From NCBI GenBank assembly GCA_025999395.1, contig AP024682.1:69386-133385 (forward strand): a stretch of DNA of 64,000 nucleotides. The letters are read 5' to 3'. Of this stretch, positions 1 to 11,409 are shown one piece after another. Numbering within the stretch: position 1 is the first letter of the stretch; every line of letters begins with the position of its first letter. The notes under the pieces are model-generated. The model worked only from the letters and a program-made list of their open reading frames with translations, did not search any database and was not told the DNA's origin. A program made the translations under genes and the position numbers. The DNA comes from Candidatus Parcubacteria bacterium (GTDB taxonomy: Bacteria; Patescibacteriota; Minisyncoccia; UBA6257; JAGOQP01).

Positions 1-421
1 AAAGATAAAAAACTCTTTTAGCAGGAAAAAGAAGAGGAGAAAAGAAATAATCCATCCGATAATCGAAGAAAAGGAAAAAAATCTTAAGATAAAAGAAAAA
101 ATCAGAAAAGCAAGAAAATAAAAAAAGATTGTTAAGATTAATTTTCCTTTGGAAAAAATAAAATTCTTAACTCCCAGAAGAAGAAAAAATAGAAAAGAAA
201 GAAAAAAAATGAACAAAATGGCTAAAAAATTAGGTACCGAAAAGCGAAGGAAATCTACTAAAATCCAAGAAAGAAAAGAGAAAACAAAAAAAGCTATTTT
301 TAACTTTTTATCCTTAAAAAAATCAAAAAAAATAAAAAGTAAAAAACTAAAAAAAGCCGCTCCCCACCAAAAAGAAGGAAGAAAAAAATTTATTCCTAAT
401 AAAAACCCAAAAAGAAGGGTA

Positions 422-3070
422 TTAAGAGATAGCCACCAGATTGGGTTTTTTGAGACTAATTTTAACCCTTTTCTTTCCATAAAGCTCTCCTCTAATAATT
501 TTATCCGCCAACGGATCCAGTATTTTCTTTTGAATTACTCGTTTTATAGGACGGGCACCAAAAACTTGATCGTAGCCTTCCTTGACTAAGAGATGTTTTA
601 CTGAAGGATCGATCTCCACCTTAAATCCTTTTTCTTCCATCTTTTTAATTACTAAATTCTTTAATTGAATTTCCACAATCTTTTCCAAATCCTTTTCGTT
701 CAAGGGGTTGAAAATAACAATCTCATCTAATCGATTAAGAAACTCAGGGCGAAAATGATTCTTGAGTTCTTCGTTAATTTTTTCTCTAATAAATTCCAAA
801 TTTCTTTTTCTTTTTTCCTCTTCATCACCTCCCCTTTCAAATCCTAATAAAGAGCCTTCCTCTTTAAAATGTTCGCTTCCAATATTGGAGGTGAGAATGA
901 TGATAGTATTTTTAAAGTTAGCGGTTTTCCCTTTGGCGTCGGTAAGGCGGCCGTTGTCTAAAACCTGTAAAAGAATGTTAAAAACTTCCGGATGAGCTTT
1001 TTCGATTTCATCGAAAAGAATTAAGCTGTAAGGTCGATGACGAATAGTTTCGGTTAAATAACCCCCTTCTTCATAACCCACATAACCGGGAGGAGAACCG
1101 ATCAATTTAGCCACCGAATGTTTTTCCATAAATTCAGACATATCTATTCGAATCAGCGCCTTTTCATCATTAAACATAAATTCTGCCAAAGCTTTTGCGA
1201 GCTCTGTTTTTCCTACTCCCGTTGGTCCCAAGAACATAAATGAGCCAATGGGGCGATTCTCATCAGCCAAGCCGGCTCGAGCTCTTCTTAGAGCGCTTGC
1301 TACTGTTGCTACTGCGTGATCTTGTCCAATCACTCTTTGTTTAAGAATCTCCTCAATTTTTAGCATTTTTTCTGCTTCTGACTCCATCATTCGAGAAACA
1401 GGAATCCCTGTCCAGCGAGCTACTACTTTAGCAATATCCTCTTCGTTTACCGCTTCTCGAATGAACCGAAGATCTCCGCTGGAAGACTTTCTTTTGGTTT
1501 TCTTTTCTAAACTCTTCAGCTCTTTCTCTAAAGCTGGAATTTCTCCATAAACAATGCGTGCCACTCTGTCGAAATTACCATTTCTTTCCTCTAACTCAGC
1601 CTCTCTTTTAAGATCATCGATTTTCATTTGAATTTCGTGAAGCCGGTTGAAAAGACTTTTTTCCTTTTCCCATAAATCAGTAAGCTTTTCATTTTCTTTT
1701 TTAAGAACTTCTAAATTTTTTTCGATCTCTTTAAGACGGCTTTTACTTTGAGGAGAAGTTTCTCCGGAAAGAGCTGATTTTTCTATCTCAAGGCGATTAA
1801 TTTCCCGACGGACTTTTTCAATTTCTGCTGGCACACTATCAAATTCTAATCTTTTAGCAGCGGCTGCTTCATCGATCAAATCAATGGCTTTGTCTGGCAA
1901 AAATCTATCAGTTAAATAGCGAGAGGAGAGAGTTACTGAAGCAACGATCGCTTCGTCAGAAATTTTGATTCCATGATGGACTTCGTATTTTTCTTTTAAT
2001 CCGCGCAAAATAGCAATACTATCTTCAATTGAAGGTTCATCAACAATAATTGGAGCAAATCTTCTTTCTAGGGCTGGATCTTTTTCAATATACTTTTGAT
2101 ACTCCTTTATAGTAGTAGCTCCAATTGCTCTTAATTCTCCTCTGGCGAGGGCTGGCTTTAAAAGATTAGAAGCATCAATCGCTCCTTCGGCTGCTCCTGC
2201 TCCCACAATAGTGTGAATTTCATCAATGAAAAGAATTAATCTTCCTTCCGAAGATTGGATTTCTTTAATAAAAGCTTTTAAGCGATCCTCAAAATCTCCT
2301 CTAAATTTGGTTCCAGCAATTAAAGATCCCAAATCAAGCATTATAATTTCTTTATTTTTCAAACTTTCAGGAACTTCTCCAGCAACAATTCTTTGAGCTA
2401 ATCCTTCAACGATAGCGGTTTTTCCTACTCCCGGCTCTCCAATTAAAACTGGATTGTTTTTAGTGCGGCGGGAAAGAATTTGAATCACTCTTCTTAATTC
2501 TTCATCTCTTCCAATTACCGGATCAAGTTTTCCTTCTCTAGCTTTCTGAGTAAGATTAATGGAATATTTCTCCAAAACTCTAAATTTGTTTTCAGGCATT
2601 TCATCTGTTACTCGAGTTGAGCCTCTTACTTCATCTAAAATTCTTTCGGCTGTTTCTTTGCGAAAACCAAACTCTTCCAAAATTCCTGAAGCTGAAGAAG
2701 GAACTTGAGCAATAGCCACCAACAAATGTTCACAGGAAATAAATTCGTCCTTTCTTAAAGCAGCTATTTTTGCAGCTCGATCTAAAACTTTAATTAGTTC
2801 CTGAGAAAGGAAAAGTTGCCCCACCGCTGGCGGCTGACTAGTAAAAATTTTGGGTTGCCTTTCTAATTCTCTTTCAATCTCTCTGTCAATTTCTTCCAAA
2901 TTAATTCCTGCCTTAACTAACATCGGCTGAACCAACGATTGAGAATCAGAAATAAGAGCCGCCAAAAGATGAATAGCCTTAAGCTCGCCGTGATTTTTAG
3001 AGGCTGCGATTTCTTGCGCTCCTTGGAGAGCTTCCTGAGCTTTTATCGTAAAACGATTAAAGTGATTCAT
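422..3070 (-). CDS. clpB: ATP-dependent chaperone ClpB (Hsp100 disaggregase)
   Basis: 882 aa; Clp N-domain; two AAA+ modules with Walker A GEPGVGKT and GPTGVGKT; long coiled-coil middle domain. Confidence 0.95.
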   Translation of the reverse strand: MNHFNRFTIKAQEALQGAQEIAASKNHGELKAIHLLAALISDSQSLVQPMLVKAGINLEEIDREIERELERQPKIFTSQPPAVGQLFLSQELIKVLDRAAKIAALRKDEFISCEHLLVAIAQVPSSASGILEEFGFRKETAERILDEVRGSTRVTDEMPENKFRVLEKYSINLTQKAREGKLDPVIGRDEELRRVIQILSRRTKNNPVLIGEPGVGKTAIVEGLAQRIVAGEVPESLKNKEIIMLDLGSLIAGTKFRGDFEDRLKAFIKEIQSSEGRLILFIDEIHTIVGAGAAEGAIDASNLLKPALARGELRAIGATTIKEYQKYIEKDPALERRFAPIIVDEPSIEDSIAILRGLKEKYEVHHGIKISDEAIVASVTLSSRYLTDRFLPDKAIDLIDEAAAAKRLEFDSVPAEIEKVRREINRLEIEKSALSGETSPQSKSRLKEIEKNLEVLKKENEKLTDLWEKEKSLFNRLHEIQMKIDDLKREAELEERNGNFDRVARIVYGEIPALEKELKSLEKKTKRKSSSGDLRFIREAVNEEDIAKVVARWTGIPVSRMMESEAEKMLKIEEILKQRVIGQDHAVATVASALRRARAGLADENRPIGSFMFLGPTGVGKTELAKALAEFMFNDEKALIRIDMSEFMEKHSVAKLIGSPPGYVGYEEGGYLTETIRHRPYSLILFDEIEKAHPEVFNILLQVLDNGRLTDAKGKTANFKNTIIILTSNIGSEHFKEEGSLLGFERGGDEEEKRKRNLEFIREKINEELKNHFRPEFLNRLDEIVIFNPLNEKDLEKIVEIQLKNLVIKKMEEKGFKVEIDPSVKHLLVKEGYDQVFGARPIKRVIQKKILDPLADKIIRGELYGKKRVKISLKKPNLVAIS

Positions 3071-3161
3071 ACTTGGATTTTAATTTTAATCCAAAAATTC
3101 AAGAAAAGCCAGACCTTTTGCTCTTTTAAAGCCTTTAAAACAAGAAGAACTTATCTTGGAG

Positions 3162-4514
3162 TTACTTTCTTTCTCCCAAAGTCACCTTTAATTCCAACTC
3201 CTTTCCTTGTCTTAAAATCCTTAGAGAAATAGTGTCACCGGGATTCTTTTGAGAGATAAGGTAAGCGGGGCTGTTTTGAAGACTAATTTTTTGACCATCA
3301 ATTTCTAAAATCACATCTCCCTCTCTTAATCCTGCTTTTTCAGCAGGTGAACCCGGTTCTACCGCAAATCCATCTTCCCCTCCTTTCAAAAGAGCGCCCT
3401 CCTCTACACTAAGATTGTATTTTTTGGCGATTTCGCTATTTAAAAGGATATAACGCACTCCAAGAAAAGCGGTCTTAATCTTTCCAGAGGCACGGACACT
3501 TTCAATCGATTTTTTAGCGGCGTTAATTGGGATAGCAAAACCGATGTTTTGAGCTCCCGAAACCATGGCTACATTAATTCCAATCACTTCTCCCCTGCTG
3601 TTTAATAAGGGCCCACCAGAATTCCCCGGATTAATTGCCGCATCCGTTTGAATAACATTTTCAATTACTTCAGTTTGCCCTAATTTATCAGAAGCCACCA
3701 CATTTCTAGCTAACCCGGAAATTACTCCCACTGAAACCGTGTTTCGAAATTCTCCTAAAGCATTCCCAATAGCAATTGCGGTTTGCCCTAATTTAATTTT
3801 GCTGGAATCTCCCAGCTTGAGAGTGGGGAAATTACTTCCATTAATCTTTAAAAGAGCCAAATCTAAAGAGGGATGGCGATCTAAAATTTTAGCTTGATAT
3901 TTTTTGCCATCGTTGGTTAAAACAGTATATTCGGCTTTGGTGTCGCTTACCACATGCTTATTAGTTACAATCAAACCATCCGAAGAAACAAAGAATCCGG
4001 TTCCTCCTCCCACTTCTTTCTTTTGAGTTCCTTTTTGACAAGGCTGGTAGAATTGGAAAAAACCCCCTCCAAAAAATTGTTGAAATTCTTCCGGTAAATC
4101 AGAGAAGGGATTATAAGGGCATTGTTCAATCACTGGCAAATCTTTGGTAATTACAATCGAAACTACCGCCGGTGAAGCCTTTTCAACAGCAGTCACAACC
4201 ATTTGCTCCCAATCACTTAAAGCTTGGCTTTCCGAGTTAAAGGAGGAATTGAATTGACTTGGAGAAAAATATGAGTTTATATCACCGCCAACATTTAACT
4301 TTTCCTGATTTTTGGCTTTTTCTAAAAGATTAAGCCCTTTTAAAAGATTAGAATAAACATCCTCTAAAATTCCTGCTTGAGTTTGAGGAGGATAGAAAAA
4401 AACTCTGATAAACGAAGCTAAAAGAAAAACTACTAAAAGGGAAAAAAGAAGGCTTTTTTCTTTTTTTAAGTTTTCCTTAAAAGATTTAAACCACCCCAGA
4501 AAACGAGTTAACAT
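3162..4514 (-). CDS. HtrA/DegP-family trypsin-like serine protease with C-terminal PDZ domain, membrane-anchored
   Basis: 450 aa; N-terminal TM segment; GNSGGPL serine-protease motif; PDZ-like C-terminus. Confidence 0.85.
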   Translation of the reverse strand: MLTRFLGWFKSFKENLKKEKSLLFSLLVVFLLASFIRVFFYPPQTQAGILEDVYSNLLKGLNLLEKAKNQEKLNVGGDINSYFSPSQFNSSFNSESQALSDWEQMVVTAVEKASPAVVSIVITKDLPVIEQCPYNPFSDLPEEFQQFFGGGFFQFYQPCQKGTQKKEVGGGTGFFVSSDGLIVTNKHVVSDTKAEYTVLTNDGKKYQAKILDRHPSLDLALLKINGSNFPTLKLGDSSKIKLGQTAIAIGNALGEFRNTVSVGVISGLARNVVASDKLGQTEVIENVIQTDAAINPGNSGGPLLNSRGEVIGINVAMVSGAQNIGFAIPINAAKKSIESVRASGKIKTAFLGVRYILLNSEIAKKYNLSVEEGALLKGGEDGFAVEPGSPAEKAGLREGDVILEIDGQKISLQNSPAYLISQKNPGDTISLRILRQGKELELKVTLGERK

Positions 4515-4614
4515 AGGAAAAATCTCTTAAAACTAATAATTAAGAAAGATTTCCGTAAATATTTTAATCAGAAAGAGAAAAATATCAAGATAACTTTTTC
4601 TTTAAATTAAAAAA

Positions 4615-5862
4615 CTAAGAGGATAAAAACTTGATTATTCTTTTGGCGGCTAATTCTAATTCTTTTTTTGTAGTCGGTCTTCCAAAACTAAACCGCAAAC
4701 TTCTTTTCGCCCTTGTTTCATCAAAGCCTAAAGCCTTGAGAACATAAGAGGGTTTTTCTAATCTTTGAGAGCAAGCCGAAGTAGAAGAAACAGCAATTCC
4801 CATTAAATCCAAAGCTTGAACTAAATTTTCTTTGTAAGGGAGAAAAAGGTTAAGAATATGAGGAGACCATTTGTCTTTTTGTCCCAAAGGAGAATTAGTT
4901 TCAATTAAAGGAAGTTGACTTTTTAAAAGTTGAAAGAAATAAAGAGCCAGATCCCAAATTCTCTGATATTCTTTTTCTCTTAAAGAAGCAGCAATTTCAA
5001 CCGCTTGAGCAAAAGCCCAAGCACTAGCAACATTTTCTGTTCCGGCTCGCAAACCAAATTCTTGATCTCCACCGGTAACTAAAGGAGCAATTAGAGAAGG
5101 CGATTCTTGAAGGAAAGATTTTACATATAAACAAGCAATCCCTATCGGTCCATAGATTTTATGAGAAGAAAGAGTCATTAAATCCACCCCACTTTTTAAG
5201 ACATTCAAATCAAAATAATTTAAAGCCTGGGAGGCATCAGTGTGAAAAAGAGGATAAAGATTAAAAGGAGAAGAAATTTTTTGAGATTTTTTCTCTTCTT
5301 TAAAATCTTTAATAAGACGAGCAATTTGAGAGATGGGCTCCAAAGAACCAACTTCATTATTTACCCACATCACCGAAACTAAAATCGTTTCCGAATCCAA
5401 TTCTTTTTCTAGCGTCTTTAAATCGATAATTCCCTCTCGATTAACAGGCAAATAAACAACTCTTAAAGCTCCATCTTTTTCCAGGTCCTTAGCAGTTTCC
5501 AATAAGGAAGGATGCTCAATTGAAGAAAGGATAACTTTAGGGGCTTGAAAAAATTTTTCTTCTCGAGGGCAGTTGATTTTTTTGAAATGCAAAAGATTGC
5601 GAAAGTAGGCTTTAAGTATTCCCCTTAAAACTAAATTATTTGCCTCTGAAGCTGAAGAGGTAAAGATAATTTCTCTTTGATTGGCTAATAAAATCTTGGC
5701 AATTCTTGCTCGAGCCTCATCTAAAAAAGCAAGTGACTTTTGTCCAAAAAAGTGAAGAGAGCTGGGATTTCCAAAATTCTTCTCGTAAAAAGAAACCAGA
5801 GTTTTTAAAACTCGCTCATCTAAAGGAGTGGAGGAAGCATAATCTAAATAAATTGGCTTCAT
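4615..5862 (-). CDS. cysteine desulfurase (class V aminotransferase, NifS/IscS-like)
   Basis: 415 aa; PLP-lysine region SSHKIYGP; C-terminal active-site Cys region SSTSACS. Confidence 0.85.
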   Translation of the reverse strand: MKPIYLDYASSTPLDERVLKTLVSFYEKNFGNPSSLHFFGQKSLAFLDEARARIAKILLANQREIIFTSSASEANNLVLRGILKAYFRNLLHFKKINCPREEKFFQAPKVILSSIEHPSLLETAKDLEKDGALRVVYLPVNREGIIDLKTLEKELDSETILVSVMWVNNEVGSLEPISQIARLIKDFKEEKKSQKISSPFNLYPLFHTDASQALNYFDLNVLKSGVDLMTLSSHKIYGPIGIACLYVKSFLQESPSLIAPLVTGGDQEFGLRAGTENVASAWAFAQAVEIAASLREKEYQRIWDLALYFFQLLKSQLPLIETNSPLGQKDKWSPHILNLFLPYKENLVQALDLMGIAVSSTSACSQRLEKPSYVLKALGFDETRAKRSLRFSFGRPTTKKELELAAKRIIKFLSS

Positions 5863-5868
5863 AAAAAA

Positions 5869-6432
5869 CTAAAAGAGTCTTTGATATAAAAGCTTTTTTG
5901 ACCAATCAAAATTTACCTTAAGGTATTGAGAAGAATTTCTTTGAGGAACCAAAAGAAAGCCTTGTTTTTTAGCCAGCTCATAAAGTTCTTTAGTTAATAA
6001 AACATCATTCAAACAATAACTTTTAAGCTCATCAATCTTTCCTTGAGCGTATAAAGAAGCCGCCTCAAGACCGGTGCCAGTTTTTCCTTTTCCTAAATTT
6101 GCCTTCGCTAAAAGATCCAAACTAATTCTTTTGCCAGTAAGCATTTCAATTTCATCCAAAATATCAATCCGAGGAATAGCAAATAAATCAAAATCGTAGT
6201 GCTTAGCCATCACTGGTAAATCAAATCGACTAATCGAAAAACCTACAATTAAACCCGTTTCCCTTAGAATTGAGCCCACCTCTTCAAGTTGATTTTCATC
6301 AAAAGCCAAAAAACTATTCCGGTTATAAGAATAAAGGCCCACCAAAGAGATATCCAATCCCTTAAAATTATCTCTGCCCACATCAGCAAAGGTATTTTTA
6401 GTTTCAATATCAATAACAATGGTGTCTTTCAT
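5869..6432 (-). CDS. DEDD-type 3'-5' exonuclease-like protein (RNase H-like fold)
   Basis: The track ORF (5869..6483) overlaps the upstream gene. The likely start is the internal Met (MKDTIVIDIETKN) at 6432. IDIET motif-I-like acidic pair and C-terminal YCLNDVL motif-III-like. Confidence 0.45.
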   Translation of the reverse strand: MKDTIVIDIETKNTFADVGRDNFKGLDISLVGLYSYNRNSFLAFDENQLEEVGSILRETGLIVGFSISRFDLPVMAKHYDFDLFAIPRIDILDEIEMLTGKRISLDLLAKANLGKGKTGTGLEAASLYAQGKIDELKSYCLNDVLLTKELYELAKKQGFLLVPQRNSSQYLKVNFDWSKKLLYQRLF

Positions 6433-6458
6433 ATTTTTAAAAAACCAATCTCTAAAAA

Positions 6459-6974
6459 TTAAACATGTTTGTCGGCTACACAAGAAGCCGCATAGCTTTC
6501 TGGCTTAGTTTTAAAATTAAAGTTATAAGCTCGAATCATTCCAGTAACCTCGGAAATTAAAGAACTACTCTTGCCGTTTTGACCAATATCAACATGAACC
6601 TCAAAATCAAAATTAATATCGGCTTCTTTTTTAAGTAACTCCAGCAAATCAATAGCAGTATTTAGAGATAAAAGTACTTCTTCAATAATCCGATCTCTTA
6701 GGGTATAAAACTTCCCTCCCTCAATTCTCTTCCAGAAATAGCGCCCGCCATTGCCTACTCGATGAACTACAATAGCGGTCACAAAGTCAGCGCTTTTATC
6801 AGGGAAAAGCTGAGAATCGCTGCCAATAATAATTTTATAAAAAGACTCCGGCTTTTCTTTAATAAAGCCGATAATTTCTTCAACCAGTTGGTTTCGATTC
6901 AACTTTTGACCGTTAGTAGCGAAAAAGTAATCTTCCATCACTGGTAGTTTATCTTTCTTAATCAAAAATTTCAA
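6459..6974 (-). CDS. DUF458/YkuK-family RNase H-like protein
   Basis: 171 aa; IIGSDSQ and TAIVVHRVGNGGRYF regions match my memory of the YkuK family. Confidence 0.5.
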   Translation of the reverse strand: MKFLIKKDKLPVMEDYFFATNGQKLNRNQLVEEIIGFIKEKPESFYKIIIGSDSQLFPDKSADFVTAIVVHRVGNGGRYFWKRIEGGKFYTLRDRIIEEVLLSLNTAIDLLELLKKEADINFDFEVHVDIGQNGKSSSLISEVTGMIRAYNFNFKTKPESYAASCVADKHV

Positions 6975-6994
6975 CTCAAGGCAATTTAAAAAAA

Positions 6995-8392
6995 TTAACT
7001 TTTCTTCAACTGAAATTTATATTTTTTAATTAGTCCCAAAATTTCCTTTTTTAAAGAAAGAAGTGACCACCAATCAAGCGCCCTCAAACTAAGTCTTAAT
7101 AAATTTTGAGTGTGAGATTTTCTTAAACTAAACCAGCTTTTACCTAAATCCACTAAAATTCCGTCTCCCCATTTTACCTTTGCCTCCTTTTTTTCAAAAT
7201 AAAGACCAATTCGAGAAACAATTAACTCTCCCTTTGATTGAGAAAGCGGAATGTTAATTGGCAAAGAGCGCTTAATGGAAGGAAGAAAATCTAAAAATTG
7301 AGCTAAAGGGTAAGGAAGGAGAGAAACCTTATTAATCACCAAGATCGCTGCTAAAATTCCCGAATCAGAAAAGAAGAAATCTTTAAAATAATAATGGCCG
7401 GAATCTTCTAGTCCTAAATCCGCTCTTTTTTCTTTAAGCTTCGCCTCCATCGAAATCGGCCCCACCCAAGAAGAAAAAACTGGATAATCCGAAGGAACGG
7501 CTAAATCAGAAGATAAAATTTTCATATCAAAGTCATTAGTTATTGAATAAATGGTTTTTAATCTTCTTTCCCGAATCAAAAAAAGGCGCCAAATTTCAGG
7601 TGGAAAAACTCGCCTTCCCAAATTATCAACGAAGGCTACTCGATCTCCATCTCCATCAAAAACAATTCCTAAATTTGCCTTCTCTTGTTTTACTCTTTTA
7701 GCTACTTGTGTTAAAGCAAACTTTTTTAAGGGATCGGGACCATGAGCAGGAAAGTTTCCATCTGGTTGTTGATTAAGAAGAATAATAGTGACTCCTCTTT
7801 TTTGATATTCTCCTTTAAGCAACTCCCAAATTGGACCGGTAGCTCCATTAGAGCAATCAACAATCACCTTGAGAGGCTTTTCTACTTTAAGAAAACGAGA
7901 AAGAAAATTAACATAAAGCTTATGGAATTGAGTGGGAGTCAAAGAAATATCCTTCTTGATTTTTCCTTTAAGCAAAAAAACATCTTTAAAATCAACCTTG
8001 CCAGAGGAAAGGATTTTTTTAAAGATTTTCTCTCCTCCAATGGCAATTCCTTGGCTATCTACCAGCTTGAAACCGTTTTCTTCTTTAGGATTATGGGAGG
8101 CAGTAACCATTATTCCTCCCCCAGCTTTTTTAAAGCGAGTTAAAAAGATCAGCATCGGCTTAGTAGCAAAGCCAATTTTCAAAATCTTTTTAAAGCCTGT
8201 TTTTTTAAGACCGGCTAAAAGGGAAAAATAAAGAGAAGGAGAGCTCAAGCGAGCATCGTGGCCCACCAATATTAATTTATTAGAAGAAAACACTTTCCCC
8301 AAAGATTGGCCCAACCAAAAAGCTAACTTCTCATTTACTTGGGAAGGATATTTACCCCGAATATCATAACTTCTGAAAATAGAAGAATTCAT
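6995..8392 (-). CDS. phosphoglucomutase/phosphomannomutase family protein
   Basis: 465 aa; active-site TASHNP motif; metal-binding DGDGDR loop. Confidence 0.8.
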   Translation of the reverse strand: MNSSIFRSYDIRGKYPSQVNEKLAFWLGQSLGKVFSSNKLILVGHDARLSSPSLYFSLLAGLKKTGFKKILKIGFATKPMLIFLTRFKKAGGGIMVTASHNPKEENGFKLVDSQGIAIGGEKIFKKILSSGKVDFKDVFLLKGKIKKDISLTPTQFHKLYVNFLSRFLKVEKPLKVIVDCSNGATGPIWELLKGEYQKRGVTIILLNQQPDGNFPAHGPDPLKKFALTQVAKRVKQEKANLGIVFDGDGDRVAFVDNLGRRVFPPEIWRLFLIRERRLKTIYSITNDFDMKILSSDLAVPSDYPVFSSWVGPISMEAKLKEKRADLGLEDSGHYYFKDFFFSDSGILAAILVINKVSLLPYPLAQFLDFLPSIKRSLPINIPLSQSKGELIVSRIGLYFEKKEAKVKWGDGILVDLGKSWFSLRKSHTQNLLRLSLRALDWWSLLSLKKEILGLIKKYKFQLKKS

Positions 8393-8559
8393 AAAAGACT
8401 TTCTATGGATTTTAACTTAATTCAAAGGTAAAATAAAAGTTAATCAATCAGAAGCAAAATTAAGTTTTGTTTACTTTTCGTTCAACAATTATATCATACT
8501 TAAAATTAACTTTTTCCGGTTTTTTAAAAAAATCAAACCTTTGGAAAAACTAAGAAAAT

Positions 8560-10662
8560 ATGTCTAAAAAAAAGAAAAAAGAAGCTGAAGCCATCCAAAA
8601 ACAACGCTCTTTAGCTAAAGAAACAATTCAAAGCATTTGGTCACTAGTTTTCTTGGCCTTGGCTTTAATTTTTAGCTTAGCTGGATTTGCTCAAGCAGGG
8701 AAAGCCGGGAACTTTCTTTATCAATTTTTCTTTCAATTATTAGGATGGGGATATTTTTTGTTGCCAACCACTCTTTTTGGCATCAGCTTGAATTTAGCTA
8801 TTCAAAGAAAAGAGGTAAAAATTTATTCTGCCTCTCTCTGGGGATCGTTGCTTTTTCTTTTAGCTACCCTAGGGATAATCGATGTTTTCTCGGCAAGCAA
8901 AGGAGGGCTGATTGGGAGTCTGGCTGGATATTTAAAAAATTGGTTTGGCCCGATAGCTTGGGGAATTGTTCTTTTAATTACTGCTATTATCGGAATTGCC
9001 ATCTTTCTAGATAAGCCTCTTTTTGTAATTCCAAAAAAGAAAGAGGAGGCTCTTAAGGTTGTTTCTTCGGCTTCTCTCCCTGAAACTATTTCTCCTAAAG
9101 AAGAAATTTATACTTCAGTTCCTCGGGAAGAAAAAGAAGAGGTTTCGAAAGAAAAAGAAGAGGTAAAAATTTCCTCTTTTCCTTCTAAAGAAAAAGAAGG
9201 ACAAAGAAAAGAACCAATTAAAAAATTTTCTGATTATAAAGCTCCGCCCTTAGCACTTTTGAAGGTTTCTTCTGAAAAGCCAGAAGTGGGAGATTTGAGA
9301 GCTAATGCCAACATTATCAAAAGAACTTTAGAAAGCTTTGGTATCCCAGTAGAAATGGGAGAAATTAACATCGGCTCTAAAGTTACCCGTTACACTCTTC
9401 GTCCCGCCGAAGGAATCAAGCTTTCCCGAATTACCGCCCTTAGCCAAGATTTATCCTTGGCTTTATCAGCTCATCCTATTAGAATCGAAGCGCCTATTCC
9501 CGGAAAACCCTATGTAGGAATTGAAGTACCTAATAAGAGCGCGGCAGTAGTAAGATTAGGAAATTTAATGTCTTATCCGGAATTTGTTAACTCTGGCCTT
9601 TTGGGGTTCTGTTTAGGAAGAGATGTTACTGGAGAACCTGTTTTTGCTGATATTGAAAAAATGCCTCATCTTTTGGTGGCCGGAGCGACTGGCTCAGGAA
9701 AATCAATTACTCTTCACTCCATTCTTATCTCTCTGCTTTACAAAAATTCCCCCCAAACTTTACGGCTGGTTTTAATCGATCCTAAAAGAGTAGAGCTTTC
9801 AGCATACAACGGCTTACCTCATTTAGTGGCTCCAGTTATTACTCAAGGGAAAAAAGCATTAGCGGTTTTTCGCTGGGCAATTGCAGAAATGGAAGAGCGT
9901 TATGAAACTCTTCTTCGGGCCGGAGCGCGAGATATTCAAAGCTACAACAAAAAAAATCAGTCCCCTCTCCCATACATACTTATTGTTATCGATGAGATGG
10001 CAGATTTAATGGCGGCTTATGGAAGAGATGTAGAAAACGCTATTGTTCGTTTAGCGCAAATGGCCCGCGCTACGGGAATTCATCTAATCCTTTCCACTCA
10101 ACGACCTTCAGTAGAGGTAATTACTGGTTTGATTAAAGCCAACATTACTGCTCGGATTGCTCTTCAGGTAGCCAGCCAAGTAGACTCTCGTACCATCTTA
10201 GATAACGCTGGAGCAGAAAAGCTTTTGGGAGGAGGAGATTTGCTTTTTGTTTCTGCCGAACTTTCAAAACCCAAAAGAATTCAAGGAGCTTATATTTCAG
10301 AAGAAGAGATAAAAAAAGTTACTGATTTTATTCGAGAAAACAACCAAGATTGGATAGATAGCTTTCAGTCAGTTAGTTTTAACGGCGAAGAAAAGGAAGA
10401 TGAAGAATTGTTAGGATCAGAAGAAGATATTTTTGAAAAATATCAAGATCTTGAAGAAGAAGACGAGCTTTTAGAAGAAGCAATTGAAGTAGTAAGAAAA
10501 GCTCAAAAAGCCTCGGCTTCTCTCCTTCAAAGAAGATTAAAAATTGGTTATGCTCGAGCGGCTCGGCTTTTAGATATTATGGAGGAAAAGGGGTTAATTG
10601 GGCCTGCTGATGGAGCTAAACCCAGAGAAGTTTATTTAAGTAAAGAAGCAGAATCGAATTAA
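8560..10662 (+). CDS. ftsK: DNA translocase FtsK/SpoIIIE
   Basis: 700 aa; N-terminal multi-TM; acidic linker; motor domain with Walker A GATGSGKS; C-terminal gamma winged-helix. Confidence 0.9.
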   Translation: MSKKKKKEAEAIQKQRSLAKETIQSIWSLVFLALALIFSLAGFAQAGKAGNFLYQFFFQLLGWGYFLLPTTLFGISLNLAIQRKEVKIYSASLWGSLLFLLATLGIIDVFSASKGGLIGSLAGYLKNWFGPIAWGIVLLITAIIGIAIFLDKPLFVIPKKKEEALKVVSSASLPETISPKEEIYTSVPREEKEEVSKEKEEVKISSFPSKEKEGQRKEPIKKFSDYKAPPLALLKVSSEKPEVGDLRANANIIKRTLESFGIPVEMGEINIGSKVTRYTLRPAEGIKLSRITALSQDLSLALSAHPIRIEAPIPGKPYVGIEVPNKSAAVVRLGNLMSYPEFVNSGLLGFCLGRDVTGEPVFADIEKMPHLLVAGATGSGKSITLHSILISLLYKNSPQTLRLVLIDPKRVELSAYNGLPHLVAPVITQGKKALAVFRWAIAEMEERYETLLRAGARDIQSYNKKNQSPLPYILIVIDEMADLMAAYGRDVENAIVRLAQMARATGIHLILSTQRPSVEVITGLIKANITARIALQVASQVDSRTILDNAGAEKLLGGGDLLFVSAELSKPKRIQGAYISEEEIKKVTDFIRENNQDWIDSFQSVSFNGEEKEDEELLGSEEDIFEKYQDLEEEDELLEEAIEVVRKAQKASASLLQRRLKIGYARAARLLDIMEEKGLIGPADGAKPREVYLSKEAESN

Positions 10663-10728
10663 ACTTTTTTAATTGAAAGAAAAGAAAACTCTTTATAGAA
10701 TAAGAAGAAGTTATAAAAACTCAGGATT

Positions 10729-11379
10729 ATGGAAATTAAAAATTTTAAGGAAATTTTAAAAAGTTATCTTAAAGAAAAAGGGGTTAGCCCTCAAGAGCTA
10801 TCTCAGGAAACCGGTATTGTTTATCACTATATTCAAGCTTTTTTAGAGGGAAATTTTGAAAAGCTTCCTTCTTTGCCTTATGTAAGAGGATATCTTCAAA
10901 AAATTGCTGATTATTTAGAAATTGATTTCGAAGAACTCTGGCAGCAATATCAAAAAGAAGCTCCTATTAAAAAATCCGGCGAAGAAGACAAAATGCCAAC
11001 CAACCGTTTTGCTCCTCAACCTCTGAATAAAAAAAACATCGCGATTGTTGTTTTGATTCTTATTATTCTTTCTTTGGTTATTCCTCGATTAGCTAAATTC
11101 TTGGGCTCCCCTCAAATTACTATTATTAGCCCCAACAAAGATAATTTAGTTGTTAGTCAACAAAACTTTTTACTAAAAGGACAAGTTGATAACCCTCAAG
11201 ACAAAGTACTTATTAACAACGAGGAAGTTTTTGTTCTCCCCGATGGAAGTTTTGAGAAGGAGGTTTTTCTAACAGAAAAAATAAATCTCTTTCAATTTAA
11301 AGTAAAAAGATTTTTGGGGAAAGAAATCACTTTGGAAAGAACAGTTATCTACGAGCCTCAAGCTTCACCAACCAACTAA
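10729..11379 (+). CDS. RodZ-like helix-turn-helix membrane protein
   Basis: 216 aa; N-terminal XRE-type HTH, single TM, C-terminal extracytoplasmic domain; sits immediately upstream of recA. Confidence 0.55.
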   Translation: MEIKNFKEILKSYLKEKGVSPQELSQETGIVYHYIQAFLEGNFEKLPSLPYVRGYLQKIADYLEIDFEELWQQYQKEAPIKKSGEEDKMPTNRFAPQPLNKKNIAIVVLILIILSLVIPRLAKFLGSPQITIISPNKDNLVVSQQNFLLKGQVDNPQDKVLINNEEVFVLPDGSFEKEVFLTEKINLFQFKVKRFLGKEITLERTVIYEPQASPTN

Positions 11380-11409
11380 TAAAAATAAAATTATTTTTAA
11401 ACAAAAAAT

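Noticed and set aside
149-589. 146-aa Lys-rich ORF on the plus strand
   Set aside because: It is a product of the A/G-rich tract (AAA/AAG/GAA codons). It uses a TTG start and reads 168 bp antisense through the clpB coding end, so it is most likely not a gene
7551-8231. Three plus-strand ORFs (7551..7745, 7742..8143, 7932..8231) inside the phosphohexomutase gene
   Set aside because: They are antisense to a confidently identified gene, low-complexity, and lack starts with an RBS. They are antisense artefacts
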